Source: Octopus sinensis
Taxonomy: Eukaryota
Length of the DNA stretch: 64,000 nucleotides
Direction: 5' to 3'
NCBI RefSeq assembly: GCF_006345805.1
Contig: NC_043000.1
Location: 6,448,001 to 6,512,000 of the forward strand
The stretch's first letter is position 1. Every line of letters starts with the position of its first letter. Under the pieces are notes generated by a model, which was given only the letters and a program-made list of their open reading frames with translations, was not told the origin of the DNA and made no database searches. Shown one piece after another: positions 52,850 to 64,000 of this stretch. Made by a program: the position numbers and the translations under genes.

Positions 52850-52866
52850 AGATAGACAGATAAATT

Positions 52867-52920
<54 letters not shown>

Positions 52921-53004
52921 CAGATAGACAGATAGATAGATAGATAGATAGACAGATAGACAGATAGATAGACAGATAGATAGATAGATAGACAGATAGA
53001 CAGG

Positions 53005-53045
<41 letters not shown>
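52764..53045 (+). repeat. (GATA)n/(GACA)n microsatellite
   Basis: Read directly from the sequence. Other large simple repeats include (TA)n at 33345-33760 and (CATA)n at 9735-9970. Confidence 0.95.
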
Positions 53046-53046
<1 letters not shown>

Positions 53047-55672
53047 TGTATGTATGTATGTATATGTATGTACATGTAGCCCCATAAGTAAGGCAGTACT
53101 TAAATCATAATATGCAATTAAATGCTGCCTTGCTTCTGGGACACCTGGCATAAAAGTGATGTGGTAGGTTACATGAGATTTATTTATTTATTTATCAAAT
53201 GTAATTAAATATAATACGTTTCTTTAAAAATCAACTCCTGCAGCTAGTTCTATTAAATATGAACAATTGCTGGCAAATGGTGCAACAAGGAGTGCTATTG
53301 GTAATTTTGTGTAGCGTACAAAGTAAAAAAAAAACCCCAAAAAAACACTAATAAAGATCCTATATATAGTTATGAATGTAACAAAATTGGAATGTGAAGA
53401 CTCCCAGGAAATTACCATCAGGTAGCAATAGATGGATGGAGGGTGAAGTTATTGTGTGGTTAAGCGTAGGCGGCGGTGGTAGTGGTGGGGGGATGGGGTG
53501 GAGGACAACATTTTTGGCTCGGTTCTTAATAGGTGAGATAACGTACAGAGAAAATGTTGTTTCCTGAATGAAAGTGAAACAGAATTGGAAAGGATTATGA
53601 TGTGGTTCTTATGCAAGCAAGATAGCCATCCGAATAACAAAATTTCATTTACAATAAGACATGATAAGTCCTTGTAATGGAAATATACTTTGCATATAAA
53701 ACAGAAGGTTGTGTGCTCAAATCAGGTCTGGGGTCATGAATGTGGCAAGACTGGTTAGCTGGGGTCATGAATGGTCAGTGAAGTTGAATTTGGCTGCATG
53801 CTGTTCCCAGCACTGGATTGACCATTGAGCAAAATAAACACATGCTTAGGGCATCAAAGGAAATGTGGCACCACAGAAACAGTAACTGGTTTACAGCACA
53901 AAAGAAATCACTTTAGACTTGCTAGAATACTAATTGGGATGTCTTATCTCTACTAAGTATAGATGCAGATGTGTTACATAAGATTAATTTTGAGGGTTTG
54001 ATCAAAGACTTGTCAATTAAAAAAGCAGGAGAAAACTTTTCAAATATAAATAAAAAGGACATATACAAAAATAAACATTATTTTCCATCTTATTGTTTGT
54101 TTTGTTTCAGTTTGAAAAATGAAAATTTATTTTATGGATTATTATTGTTTATATTTTGAATTTCATATAAATGGGAGCACCAAAATCTTTTAAGTGTTTA
54201 GGGCCTCTATGGGTCTTAATCTGGTCCTAGCTGTTCCCCCAAAATAACCAAAGCTATCTAAGATTTTTTGACAAGACCATTTATTCGCACAATACTTGTT
54301 GCACATGCTAGAGATTGTTATACCATTTACCAGTAGAGAGATAGGAATAAATGTGTTTTTAACATCAGGAGGATTTGAATGTAGATTTGAGATCAGATAT
54401 GCAGTGGATTGACAGTTACTTCTTCATGTTGTGATAGGCAGGAAAACCACGTGTTTATAGTGAACAAATAAATTCTTTTAGTCCAGGGCTGAGCAGCAAC
54501 CAAGAAATCTGTCTTTTCATGGCTCTCTCTTTGTCTCTGATTGTATTGTAGCATGCAGTTCAATTTATAGCCAATGTCGGTGGGGAAACGACATGCAATA
54601 TTCCACTTTTGAAATTGTATGAGTGAGTGATAGCAATTAAACTGATATCACCTGATGTGTTGTGGCCTGCTTCTCATTATTGAGTTAATGAGGTTTCAAG
54701 TCTAAGCTTTGCTACACCTTCTAAATTAGAAATATTACCTATTTTTTAAAAATCAATTTATTGAAATATTGGGTAGCAAGGGTAGTGGTTTGGCAGAATC
54801 TTTGGAGCATCATATCAGGTGATATTTCTTCTGGCTCTTTACATTCTGAGTTCAAATCCAGCTAGGGTCACCTTCACTTTTCCTCCCTCTGGAGTTGATC
54901 AAATAAAGTATCAGTCAAGTACCGGAGTCAATTCTATTGACTAACCTCCTTCCTGTAATTTTGATTTGCTTATAAGACAAAATCATTGTGAGGAAAATAT
55001 CTTTGAGTATAAAAAAAAACGAAACAAAATAAACCAACAATGACACTGCCGTCATCATCATCATCGTCAGTGGTGGGGTGGTGGCAGTGGCATCGGATTG
55101 GAGAGTTTGACCAGAAGACTACAGCAAGCTCTATTGTCTGTTTTGAAATTGTTTCTATGGCTGGATGCCCTTCCTAACATCAGTCACTTTACAGAGGGTA
55201 CTAGGTGTTTTTTTACATGGCATCAGCACTGGTGAAGTTACCATGTAGCTTGCAAGACAAAGACCTCTCAATAGGAATCCCCTTAAAAACTATTAGTGTC
55301 TGTATGCATAGGAATGGCTTTGTGGTTGAGAAGCTCACTTTGTAACTGCATGGTTTCAAGTTCAGTCCCACTGCATGGTACCTTGAGCAAATGTCTTCTA
55401 CTCTGCCCGCCAGGATAACCAAAGTCTTGTGAACGAGTTTGGTAGATGGAAACTGTGTGGAAACCCATCAAGTGTGTGTGTGTATGTATGTGTGTACATG
55501 TGTGTGCCTCCCAGAGGTCAAGAGTTATACTTCTCTTCAGACAAATGGACGTGAGACCATTGGTTACTCTGTGGCCAGACATTAACTTTATTACTTTAAT
55601 ATTTTACTGCTCTATGCTTTAAAGTGTGCTTCTGTTTTGGATATATGATACATTGAGGATAATATAATATAT

Positions 55673-55754
<82 letters not shown>

Positions 55755-56068
55755 TGTGTGTGTGTGTCTGTGTGTGTGCATGTGTGCACATGTGTGTGTC
55801 TAGGAGTGTATGTTTGACCCCAGCATCACTGTCACTGCTTGATTACTGATGTTGGTTTCTTTATATCCCTGTAACTCAGTGGTTCAGCAAAAGAACCTAG
55901 TAGAATAAGTGCCAGTCTTCAAAAACAAAAAAGAAATAAGAATTGGGATTGATTTCTTGGACTAAACTCTTCAAGGCTGTGCCCCAGCATGGCCACAGCT
56001 CAATAACTGTAACAAGTAAAACATGCAAAAGACAAAAGGTGATTTGTCAAAAAAATTTTAATTCTTAC

Positions 56069-56578
56069 CTCAATTGGTTCAGTGAATTCACAATCAAAAC
56101 TTTTTTCTTCCCCATTAAAAATCTTCATTTCGCAGAATTTGGACTGGGTCTCCCCTTTCACCGTATGACAAGAATAATGGTCAAAGTCACACATCTGCAA
56201 TCTCATAATGTAATTTTTCAAATGTTTTTCTTCAACAAATATGGCAAATTTTTCATTAAAAACTGGATTTTCAGTTTTACGTTTAATTCTTGTCTGAACT
56301 TCAAGGTCAAGTTTATCAAATGAAAATGATTGATGCTGTTTGTGCCGGTTGAAATTAAAAATAGATCGTTGGCTCCGATAGAGGCGGATGCGTACATAGT
56401 TGTCAACAGGTAAAGAATTTGGTTCCAATAACATCAAATCATTTGCTTTAATGATTTTGATGGTTAGTTTCTTTAGGTCTTGTTCATATTTCAGCTTATA
56501 TGATAAACGGCCCACTTTTGTTGTTTTAGTTGAGCCGTTGACTGTTGTAGAAGATGGATCTTTCTCATTTTCATCCAT
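56069..56578 (-). CDS. Synaptotagmin-family gene, exon C (C2A domain)
   Basis: ttcttacag|ATG GAT...ATT GAG|gtaag, 510 nt, phase 0/0. C2 motifs: GRLSYKLKY, LTIKIIKANDL, DNYVRIRL, QTRIKRKTENPVFNEKF, MCDFDHYS. Confidence 0.92.
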
Positions 56579-56649
56579 CTGTAAGAATTCCATGGAAAAA
56601 ATCAATTACTTTAATATACAGAAAAGAGCAACAAATACTATTTGTGAGA

Positions 56650-57473
56650 TTTAAGAGGAAAACTGAGTTTGAGAGGCATCAGACATTGTGTGTGAGAGAG
56701 AAGACTGCATTGGTTCGGTCATGTGATGTGTATGGATGAGGATATGTTTGTTCCTTCTCAAGCCATCCCTGGCTCATAAGGGCCGGTTTCCCGATCTCCT
56801 TGGCGTATAGGTTCCCCACCTGGATGGGACACCGGTCTGTTGCAGGTGAGCTGCAAGATGCAGGAGGAAAGAGTGAGAGAAAGTTGTGGCGAAAGAGTCA
56901 GCAGAAGTTTGCCATTACTTTCTGCCGGAGCTGCGTGGGGCTTAGGTGTTTTGCTCATAAACATACACATCGCCCGGTCTGAGATTTGAACCCGCGAGTA
57001 CGCTGCTCTAACCACTAGGCCATGTGCCTCCACATGGATGAGGACATTTGCATAAAGAAGTACTGAGCTATACTTGTGGAAGGGGTAGACCCAGGAAGAC
57101 ATGGGATGAAGTGATGAGAAAGGATCTTTAGATGCTGGGCCTCATGACAAGGGACCGGAAGATGTGGCAATTTGCTGTACTTGATGAGACATGTCAAGCT
57201 AAGTAAAATTGCCATCTTTCACACATACAGGCTTATCCTTTCAGGTGCTGGTACCACATAAAAATCGCCCATGCTGGTGCTGCATAAACACACCCATGCC
57301 AGTGGGATGTAAACCGTGTTAAGTGGTTGGCATGAGGAAAGGCATTCAACTGTAGAAACCATACCACAGCAGAAAATTGGAGTCAGGACAGCTCCCTGCT
57401 AGCCAACTCCATATCAAACCGTCCAACCCATACTAGCATGGAAAGTGGACACGAAATGATGATGATGATGATG
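56650..57473 (+). mobile_element. Decayed RTE 3' end interrupted by an antisense SINE
   Basis: The RTE C-terminus resumes after the SINE at 56757-57031. atggatgagga occurs on both sides of the SINE (probable TSD). Confidence 0.75.
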
Positions 57474-57487
57474 AATATATGTATATA

Positions 57488-57872
57488 CTAGCACTTTCAC
57501 CTGGTGTTGCTTGGGTTTATTTCGACCCTTTAGAATTGGAATTTTTGAAAACTAAAAATTTTGCATTATGTAGTCTGTTATTCTCTTTAAGTCAACATTT
57601 TTCTGGTTGAAATACACCGAAAAATAGCGACACAGCAGTAAAAAAATCGTAAAAAATAGGGATTTTCATGGAAAAAAAGCACCTTTTTGATGTAAATAAT
57701 TTTTGGTGTTAGCATGGTCCGATTTAAATTTTTTCTTCTACAAAAGGAAGAGCGAGTCTTCTTCTATCATACTCTCAATTTTGGTCAACTTACACTGCAG
57801 GGTCTCGGAGGAGATAGTGTTAGTTGAAGGCTACCAAACCTGCCATACACAGACAACTTCAGCTTTATATAT
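57488..57872 (-). mobile_element. Non-autonomous Helitron
   Basis: Minus strand starts ...atatataaagctgaagttgtctg (like the 23581 head) and ends with a hairpin-like ccaagcaacaccagg followed by gtgCTAG|T. Confidence 0.65.
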
Positions 57873-58492
57873 ATATTATAAGAGATATATATATATATCA
57901 TCGTTGTCATTGTTGTCATCATCATTGTCATCATCATCATCATCATCTGCCCTGTGTTCACATGGGGCACACAGAATTTGTTGAAGCAAGTTTTCTACAA
58001 CTGAACACTCTTCTTGTTGCCAACCCTCATCTGTTTCCAAGTAAGGTAATAATTCCTCATGGCCAGAGATGTTTTCATAAAAGATTGGAAATGAAGGGCA
58101 CAATTTATATGGTAGTGATGTTCATTTACAATCATCACATGATGTCAAGATGAGATGACACTAACACAGACAGGCACACACACACACACACACACACATG
58201 TTAATATTGAACGATGAAAATGAGTCTTAATACTACATTGGTGGATAAAAACCTTTTATTTATGGATTAAGGCTACCATTGGTTTCAGGTTAAGGGAAGT
58301 CCCTCTACAATTATCAAGCCAAAGAATAAGTCCTGGGGTCGATTTGCTTGACTAAAGGCAGTGCTCCAGCATGGCCACAGTAAAATGACTGAAACAAGTA
58401 AAAGAGAGTACAGTACTATTTCTTCTTTGTGGATCTTCACTCATCGCAGGAGATTTTGGAACGTAACACCCACGATAGTCAAGGGATTACTG

Positions 58493-58529
<37 letters not shown>

Positions 58530-58654
58530 ATGTGTGTGTGTGTGTGTATACACACACACACATACACTTACTATGAGTTTCTAATACACGCTCATTCCGA
58601 AATTATAAAAAATTTGATTGAACATATGTATATAAAACAAAAAAAAATGTTTAC

Positions 58655-58812
58655 CTTGCTCAGGGAAAGTTCCATATGATCACCAAAATTGCAGTCAGAA
58701 TAATCGGAACTCTCTACCTCTTTCTGAATATCCATGATGTATGGTCGCAATACTTTCTTTTTGTTGCTTGGTTTTGTGTTGAGAGTTCCATAGTTGGTTT
58801 GGAGACCATCAG
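58655..58812 (-). CDS. Synaptotagmin-family gene, exon B (linker)
   Basis: Open frame (A)DGLQTNYGTLNTKPSNKKKVLRPYIMDIQKEVESSDYSDCNFGDHMELSLSK with an AAG|GTAAAC phase-0 donor. The acceptor (tataaag|) is A-rich and weak, so the 5' boundary is less certain. Confidence 0.6.
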
Positions 58813-61311
58813 CTTTATATTTTGTTTTTTTGTTTTTTAAATAAAAAAAAGGACATTAAAAGCACTTTAAAACCTGTTTCATATTTTTCAGGGATTTTTT
58901 TTTCTTGTTCTGTCTTGCAAGCATGGAACTTTTTTGTCTACAACTGAACTATTTTGATACCAAAATGCTTTAGCCTACCCCCGGTTCTATGATACAAACT
59001 TCCTATTTCAACCCTTGAGCATTTAGACCAATTATATCCAACCCAAATATTCTTCCTACTTTGTGCTGAAACCAAACAGATTCAGCTTTTCATACCAACC
59101 CTACAATGTCATTCTAAAATTAAACAAACATATCATCAGAATCTTGAAGCTATGTGATAATGCTTCATTAACTGAAAACAATGTGATAATTAAACATTAC
59201 ATTTGATAGAGTAATCTGAATACCAAATGGTTAAAGTAATCTAAATTAAAACCCTCAAATAAAATTTCAGGTTAATTTATGTTCTAAGTACTAGCTTAAT
59301 AAGGACAAAGTTATTTTATTAAATTCTTCATTACTTTCAAAATTAATAGGAACAAAGCAGTGTATATAAACAGAAATATGGTAATGAATGGGTTAAAGGA
59401 AGAATTGCAGTGTTCATTATCCATTTCCAGGACAAGAATTAGGGAGGAAAGGAAGAAATTATCCTCATACCCTGCAACAGAGTATTCTGTGCTAAACATA
59501 GCCAAACTGCAGGTGGTGGTACAAAAACAAGTGACAGATATGGTAGACTGTTGCAGATGTGGATATTATGTGATACTGAAATTGAGTAAGGTATCTGTTC
59601 TGCTGTTAGCCATACAGCTTAGAAATCAAATATTTTGTTGTAACTCAGCTGGTTCTTTTACGAAGTGAAAGAGTGATGTGTATCATCCAAGGCCATACAA
59701 TACATTCACTTATACTGATTTCAAACTTTAGTACAAGGCCAGCAATTCCAGAGGAGTGGGTAAGTCAATTACGTTGACCCCAGTGCTCAACTGGTACTTA
59801 TTTTACCAACCCCAAAAGGATGGAAGACAAAGTCAAACACAGCAAAATATGAACTCAAAACATAAAGAGGGACAAAATGCCACAAAGCATTTTTCCTGGT
59901 ATACTAACGATTCTGTTACCTTGCTACTTTACATTTACTTATATTGGTTTCAAATTTTGGCACAAGGCCAGGAATTTCGGGGAAGGGGATAAGTCGATTA
60001 CATTGACCCAAGTACTCAACAGGTACTTATTTTATCAACCTTGAAATGATGAAAAGCAAAGTTGACCTCGGTGGAATTTAAACTCAGAATGTAAAGATGG
60101 GTGAAATGCTGCTAAGTATTTTGCTCTTTTGGCTAATGATTCTGGCTGCTTGTCACCCTCATATTTACTTATATTAAAGCTTGAATTTATCCCTTAGCAT
60201 TAAAGTTTGTTATTCTATTCTTTTTCAATTTTTATGCATTATGTAATGCTGTGCATTCAACACTGGCCAATCCACTTTTGTCATTGGTCCTTATCTGGAG
60301 CAAATATTTATTAACGTAAGAAAAAATCCTTGTTTTTCTTCAACATAATAAGGCTCTGTAGGTTGAACATGATTCAAAAGTGTGAAATTTGGGGGTGGGG
60401 TGGGGGCTAGGTTAATACATTGACCCCCGCCAATACTCAACCAATATTTATTTTATTGATCTTGAAAGGATGAAAGACAAAGTCAACCTTGGCAGAATTT
60501 GAATGCAAAACATAAAGCAGAAATAAATACAGCAAACAATTTGGTCTAGAATTATTATCAAGGGAAATCATGAAAAGAATTGACAAAACTGGCCACATGG
60601 CCACACTCCAATGACTGAAACAAATAATAGAGATAAAAAAAATTAAAGACATCCCCAAGAGCCGCCGAAATACATTAAGCTAATCCTAATTTCTGGTTCT
60701 CACAACCTTATGCAACAAAGTGCAGTGCATCGCAATCAACGTTAACAAAAGATCTGGTACTTATTTCCCTGCAACTCAGGGAACTAATTAATATACGATG
60801 AATTGGGAGGTTTTAGAGACACAATGAAACATCAAACAGTGGACAAGAACTATGACTCATAAACGAGTAGTACAATTCCTCTTGCATTCAGACGTGTTGC
60901 TTTTAAGTAATAATTATATAGCAACATAATCAATCGTGCTGCACATCAGAACACAGCAGTGTTAGGTATCTGGTAAAGTGAATTCGCAATGCAGATTTAA
61001 TTTTCTGTCGAGCCATTTCCCTTCAGCTACCATTGCACCTGTAATTTTTAGGTGTGATCAATAGTGTGGAAAGATATGAGCAGTGTCAAGCTGACTTACC
61101 TTTGACACGCTATATGAAGATAATGACTTTGGTGATGACTCATAGAATAGTTAGGAATTCAAAGACACTTTCATCTAAACCAGTCATAATTAAATTATAA
61201 ATAATTACATATATTGTAATTTTATTAGGCTATTTTCATATTTATATGGCTAGACAGAGATATATAAAAAAAAACCTTTAAAAAGTGTGTGTATGTGTGT
61301 GTGTATGTATG

Positions 61312-61369
<58 letters not shown>

Positions 61370-61456
61370 AAACATATCTTCCTAAATAAAGAAATATATA
61401 TATATGGAAAAAAAAAGTCAAGATAGAAAATGCTAAAATAATTTCATAAAAAACAT

Positions 61457-61496
61457 TTCAGTACTGGTTTTAGTCATTGGGACTTTTTCAACTGTA
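61457..61496 (-). ncRNA. Decayed hammerhead-like motif, U3-A8 variant
   Basis: cag-UUGAAAA-aguc(ccaau)gacu-AAA-ACCAGU-A-cug. G12 and the ACCGGU palindrome each carry one G>A change. Confidence 0.4.
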
Positions 61497-61699
61497 AATA
61501 TGGAAAACAATTAAAATTTTGAAAAATTAAAAGAAAAGTTTTTTAAAAGAATATTTGCATAGTGTTCAAATACAAGTGGCATTTTCCTTGTTTCTGCCCG
61601 TCTCTGTCTCCAGAGGCAACCAGAGTTAACTTCATAGATATATATATAAGGTTATCAGAGAAGATAGTTTTCATATGTGGAAGGTGGCATAGAATCCAT

Positions 61700-62560
61700 A
61701 AAAACTTTAGAGACTTAGGAAATTGATTCTCTCAAATGTGCTGGTGGCTCATTTGAGGTAGTAAATAATTTTTGCTTCTTAGGAAACCAAATTAGTTGTG
61801 GGGGAGGATGCACAGAGACTGTGATAAGAATAGGATGGGGAAAATTCAGAGAGATGCTACCTCTGTTGAGCACAAAAGGTTTCTCACTCTGAGTGAAAGG
61901 AAAATTGCATGATGCATGTATATGGGCAAAATTCTACATGGTAGTGAGATGTGGGCTCTGAATGCAGAGGACTTCTGAAGGTTAGAAAGGAATGGGGCGA
62001 GTATGCTTCGCTGGATGTGTAATGTAAGTGTACATGTTTGACAGTGCTAGGGATCTAAGAGAGAAGTTAGGCATCAGAGGAATTAGTTACTGTGTGCAAG
62101 AGAGAAGAATGCACTGGTTTGGTCATGTGATGCAGATGGATACCAACAGCTCCATAAAGAAGTGCCAATCTCTCAGAGTGGATGGAACATGTGGAAGTAC
62201 GAGACCCACGAAGACATGGCGTGGAGTATTGAAGAACGACCTCAAGATGTTGAACCTTTCAGGTAAAATGACAAAAGACTGAGATGCCTGGTGCCTTGCT
62301 GTACTCAAGGAGACCTGTACTCCACAACAGGAGTGTTCAAACAGATCCTTCTGGTGATATAAAGCACTCATGGTGGTGCCACATAAAAGCACCCGTGCAG
62401 TACCATGTAAAAGCAGCCATGCAGCGACACGTAAAAGCACCTGTGCAGTGCCATGTAAAAGTGCCCCCTGTGATACCATGTAAAAGCACCCAGCACACTC
62501 CATAAAATGGTTGGCATTAGAAGGGCATCCAGCTGTAGAAACCATGCCAAATCAGACTGA
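61700..62560 (+). mobile_element. RTE LINE 3' portion (older subfamily)
   Basis: ...LEVVNNFCFLG...KGKLHDAC...MLRWMCNV...RRMHWFGHVMQMD, followed by gtaaaagcac tail repeats. Confidence 0.85.
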
Positions 62561-63273
62561 GGTTTTTACTTGCACCTTGTTAATAATTTGAAACAGTGAA
62601 AATGTATATAAATTTGGTAAATGGCTGTAGTTTCTGTGTTGTTTTGCAGAACCTCATATCTTTTACACACTATACACATATAACTGTTGCCATCACTCTG
62701 TGGAAATTTCGTTTAATTCCAACAAGTAGGTTTTAAATAAAATAAAAAATGTTACATCATTAATAATTTGAAACGCAATGTATATATATATATAATCAAT
62801 CCAAACATGAACAGGCAAGTAAAAATAACAAGATGAGGATGTGGAATAAGTACAGTGTTATTGGACGCTCAGGAAAGGAAAGAAAAGAAAGAGCATTTCA
62901 TGTTTCGAGTGGAGCTCTTCATCAGAAATATAGGAAAAGACCAAAGAAGGGAAGACCGAGAAAGAAAATTGCCAACAATACACATGCGGTCACATATTGA
63001 TATCATCCTCATCATCATTTAGCACCTGCTTTCCATGTTGGCATGGGTTGGGCGGTCTGCTAGGAGCTGGCAAGCCAGAGGGCTGCTTTGGAATTGTTTC
63101 TATGGCTGGATGTCCTTCCTAATGCCAACCACTCTACAGAGTGTGATAGGTGGTTTTCATGAGGCACCAGCACCAATGATATCACAAAGTATCTTGCAAA
63201 ACAAGATTCTCTTCAAATGAGGGGTAGTAATATTAAGGGAGGTGGGTTTGTACCAAGTGAGGAGACATTAGAC

Positions 63274-63469
63274 CAGTGGATCTTAACTGGGGTCCACGTG
63301 GCCCTTGGGAGCCCATATAAAATATTTTGTTGTTAAAATTTATGTGGAATAAATTGGTTATACTTCTATAATACGCAAAATATTTTTTTCGAGTTTAAAG
63401 ACATCAAATGGTTTTGAGGATTCATCCAAATGAAACAGGAATCAAGGATACAATGGTTGAGAAACACTG
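63274..63469. mobile_element. hAT (Charlie-like) MITE
   Basis: cagtggatcttaac...gttgagaaacactg. A homologous copy at 46759-47463 carries a nested SINE. Confidence 0.6.
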
Positions 63470-63909
63470 GGTTTAGAATATGATAGAAGGACAGGAACAG
63501 GTGTCTTGCAGTAGAGGAGATACATGGCTACCCTTGTTGGAAAAAGTGTGTGGAGGAAGAGGGAGAGGAGATGTGTTAGGGCATACCCTTAAGTTTCAGG
63601 AACGGGTATATGAGTGAAGTGATATTGAGGATGGGATTGGGTGGGCATGTAAGTTCATGAAAGTGCAAAAGAAGAGTGAGAGATAGAGAGGAGAAGAATG
63701 CAGGGTGTGATGAAAACAGGTGGAGAGACAGAGAGAAATAATGTTAAAAATGAGTTGTGGAAGAGAGATTTGTTAGGTTCAGATTTTGTGCAGGGTTCTA
63801 GACATAAGTAATTGTCCTTTAAGGGCCTCATTTTTACAAATTTTGTGCCATAAATAAACTAAACATATTAGATACGGAAAAAAAATACAAGAAAGTTATA
63901 TAAACTTAC

Positions 63910-64000
63910 CGTTTTTCAAAAACTTCTTGTTAAAAGGACAAAATCTGAATAATGGACAGATCGGAGTTATAGAACAGACAACAATAGTGATGACAATTAC
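63910..64000 (-). CDS. Synaptotagmin-family gene, exon A (5'-partial): end of transmembrane helix plus Cys-rich juxtamembrane segment
   Basis: Minus strand reads VIVITIVVCSITPICPLFRFCPFNKKFLKN-G, then a GTAAGT donor at 63909. The phase-1 end fits the next exon (G+CT=Ala). A hydrophobic stretch followed by Cys and basic residues is typical of synaptotagmin N-termini. The exon runs off the window edge. Confidence 0.75.

Noticed and set aside
58874-58937. Possible extra synaptotagmin micro-exon (TKKFHACKTEQEKKIPEKYET)
   Set aside because: Its open frame needs a phase-0 acceptor, but the upstream exon ends in phase 1, which leads to a TGA. Exons A and B join without it.

Overview
This window is eukaryotic, AT-rich, microsatellite-laden DNA. 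Its repeat families look cephalopod (most likely Octopus), which is inferred from repeat style and not proven. It holds one clear protein-coding gene, a synaptotagmin-family gene on the minus strand (TM-linker-C2A-C2B). Five exons could be joined by hand with matching splice phases (63910-64000, 58655-58812, 56069-56578, 44005-44122, 13438-13751; 396 codons plus stop), and the 5' end lies outside the window. Two possible terminal exons of a second, unidentified membrane-protein gene lie near 0.9-1.2 kb. Most of the rest is transposon-derived: Penelope-like (GIY-YIG) fragments, Dong/R4-like RLE LINEs in (TAA)n, RTE LINE 3' ends, tRNA-derived SINEs, Tc1/mariner, piggyBac- and hAT-like MITEs, and non-autonomous Helitrons (one with an 8x143-bp array). 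Most ORFs in the supplied track are microsatellite artefacts. The most interesting signal is a set of about 12 loci with minimal type-I hammerhead-ribozyme-like motifs in Penelope-type fold-back elements. Their stem III is palindromic, and the core 3:8 pair occurs as C-G, U-A and G-C. One element joins a tRNA-like Pol III head to a hammerhead tail. Another hairpin has a loop that matches 25 nt of a neighbouring SINE.
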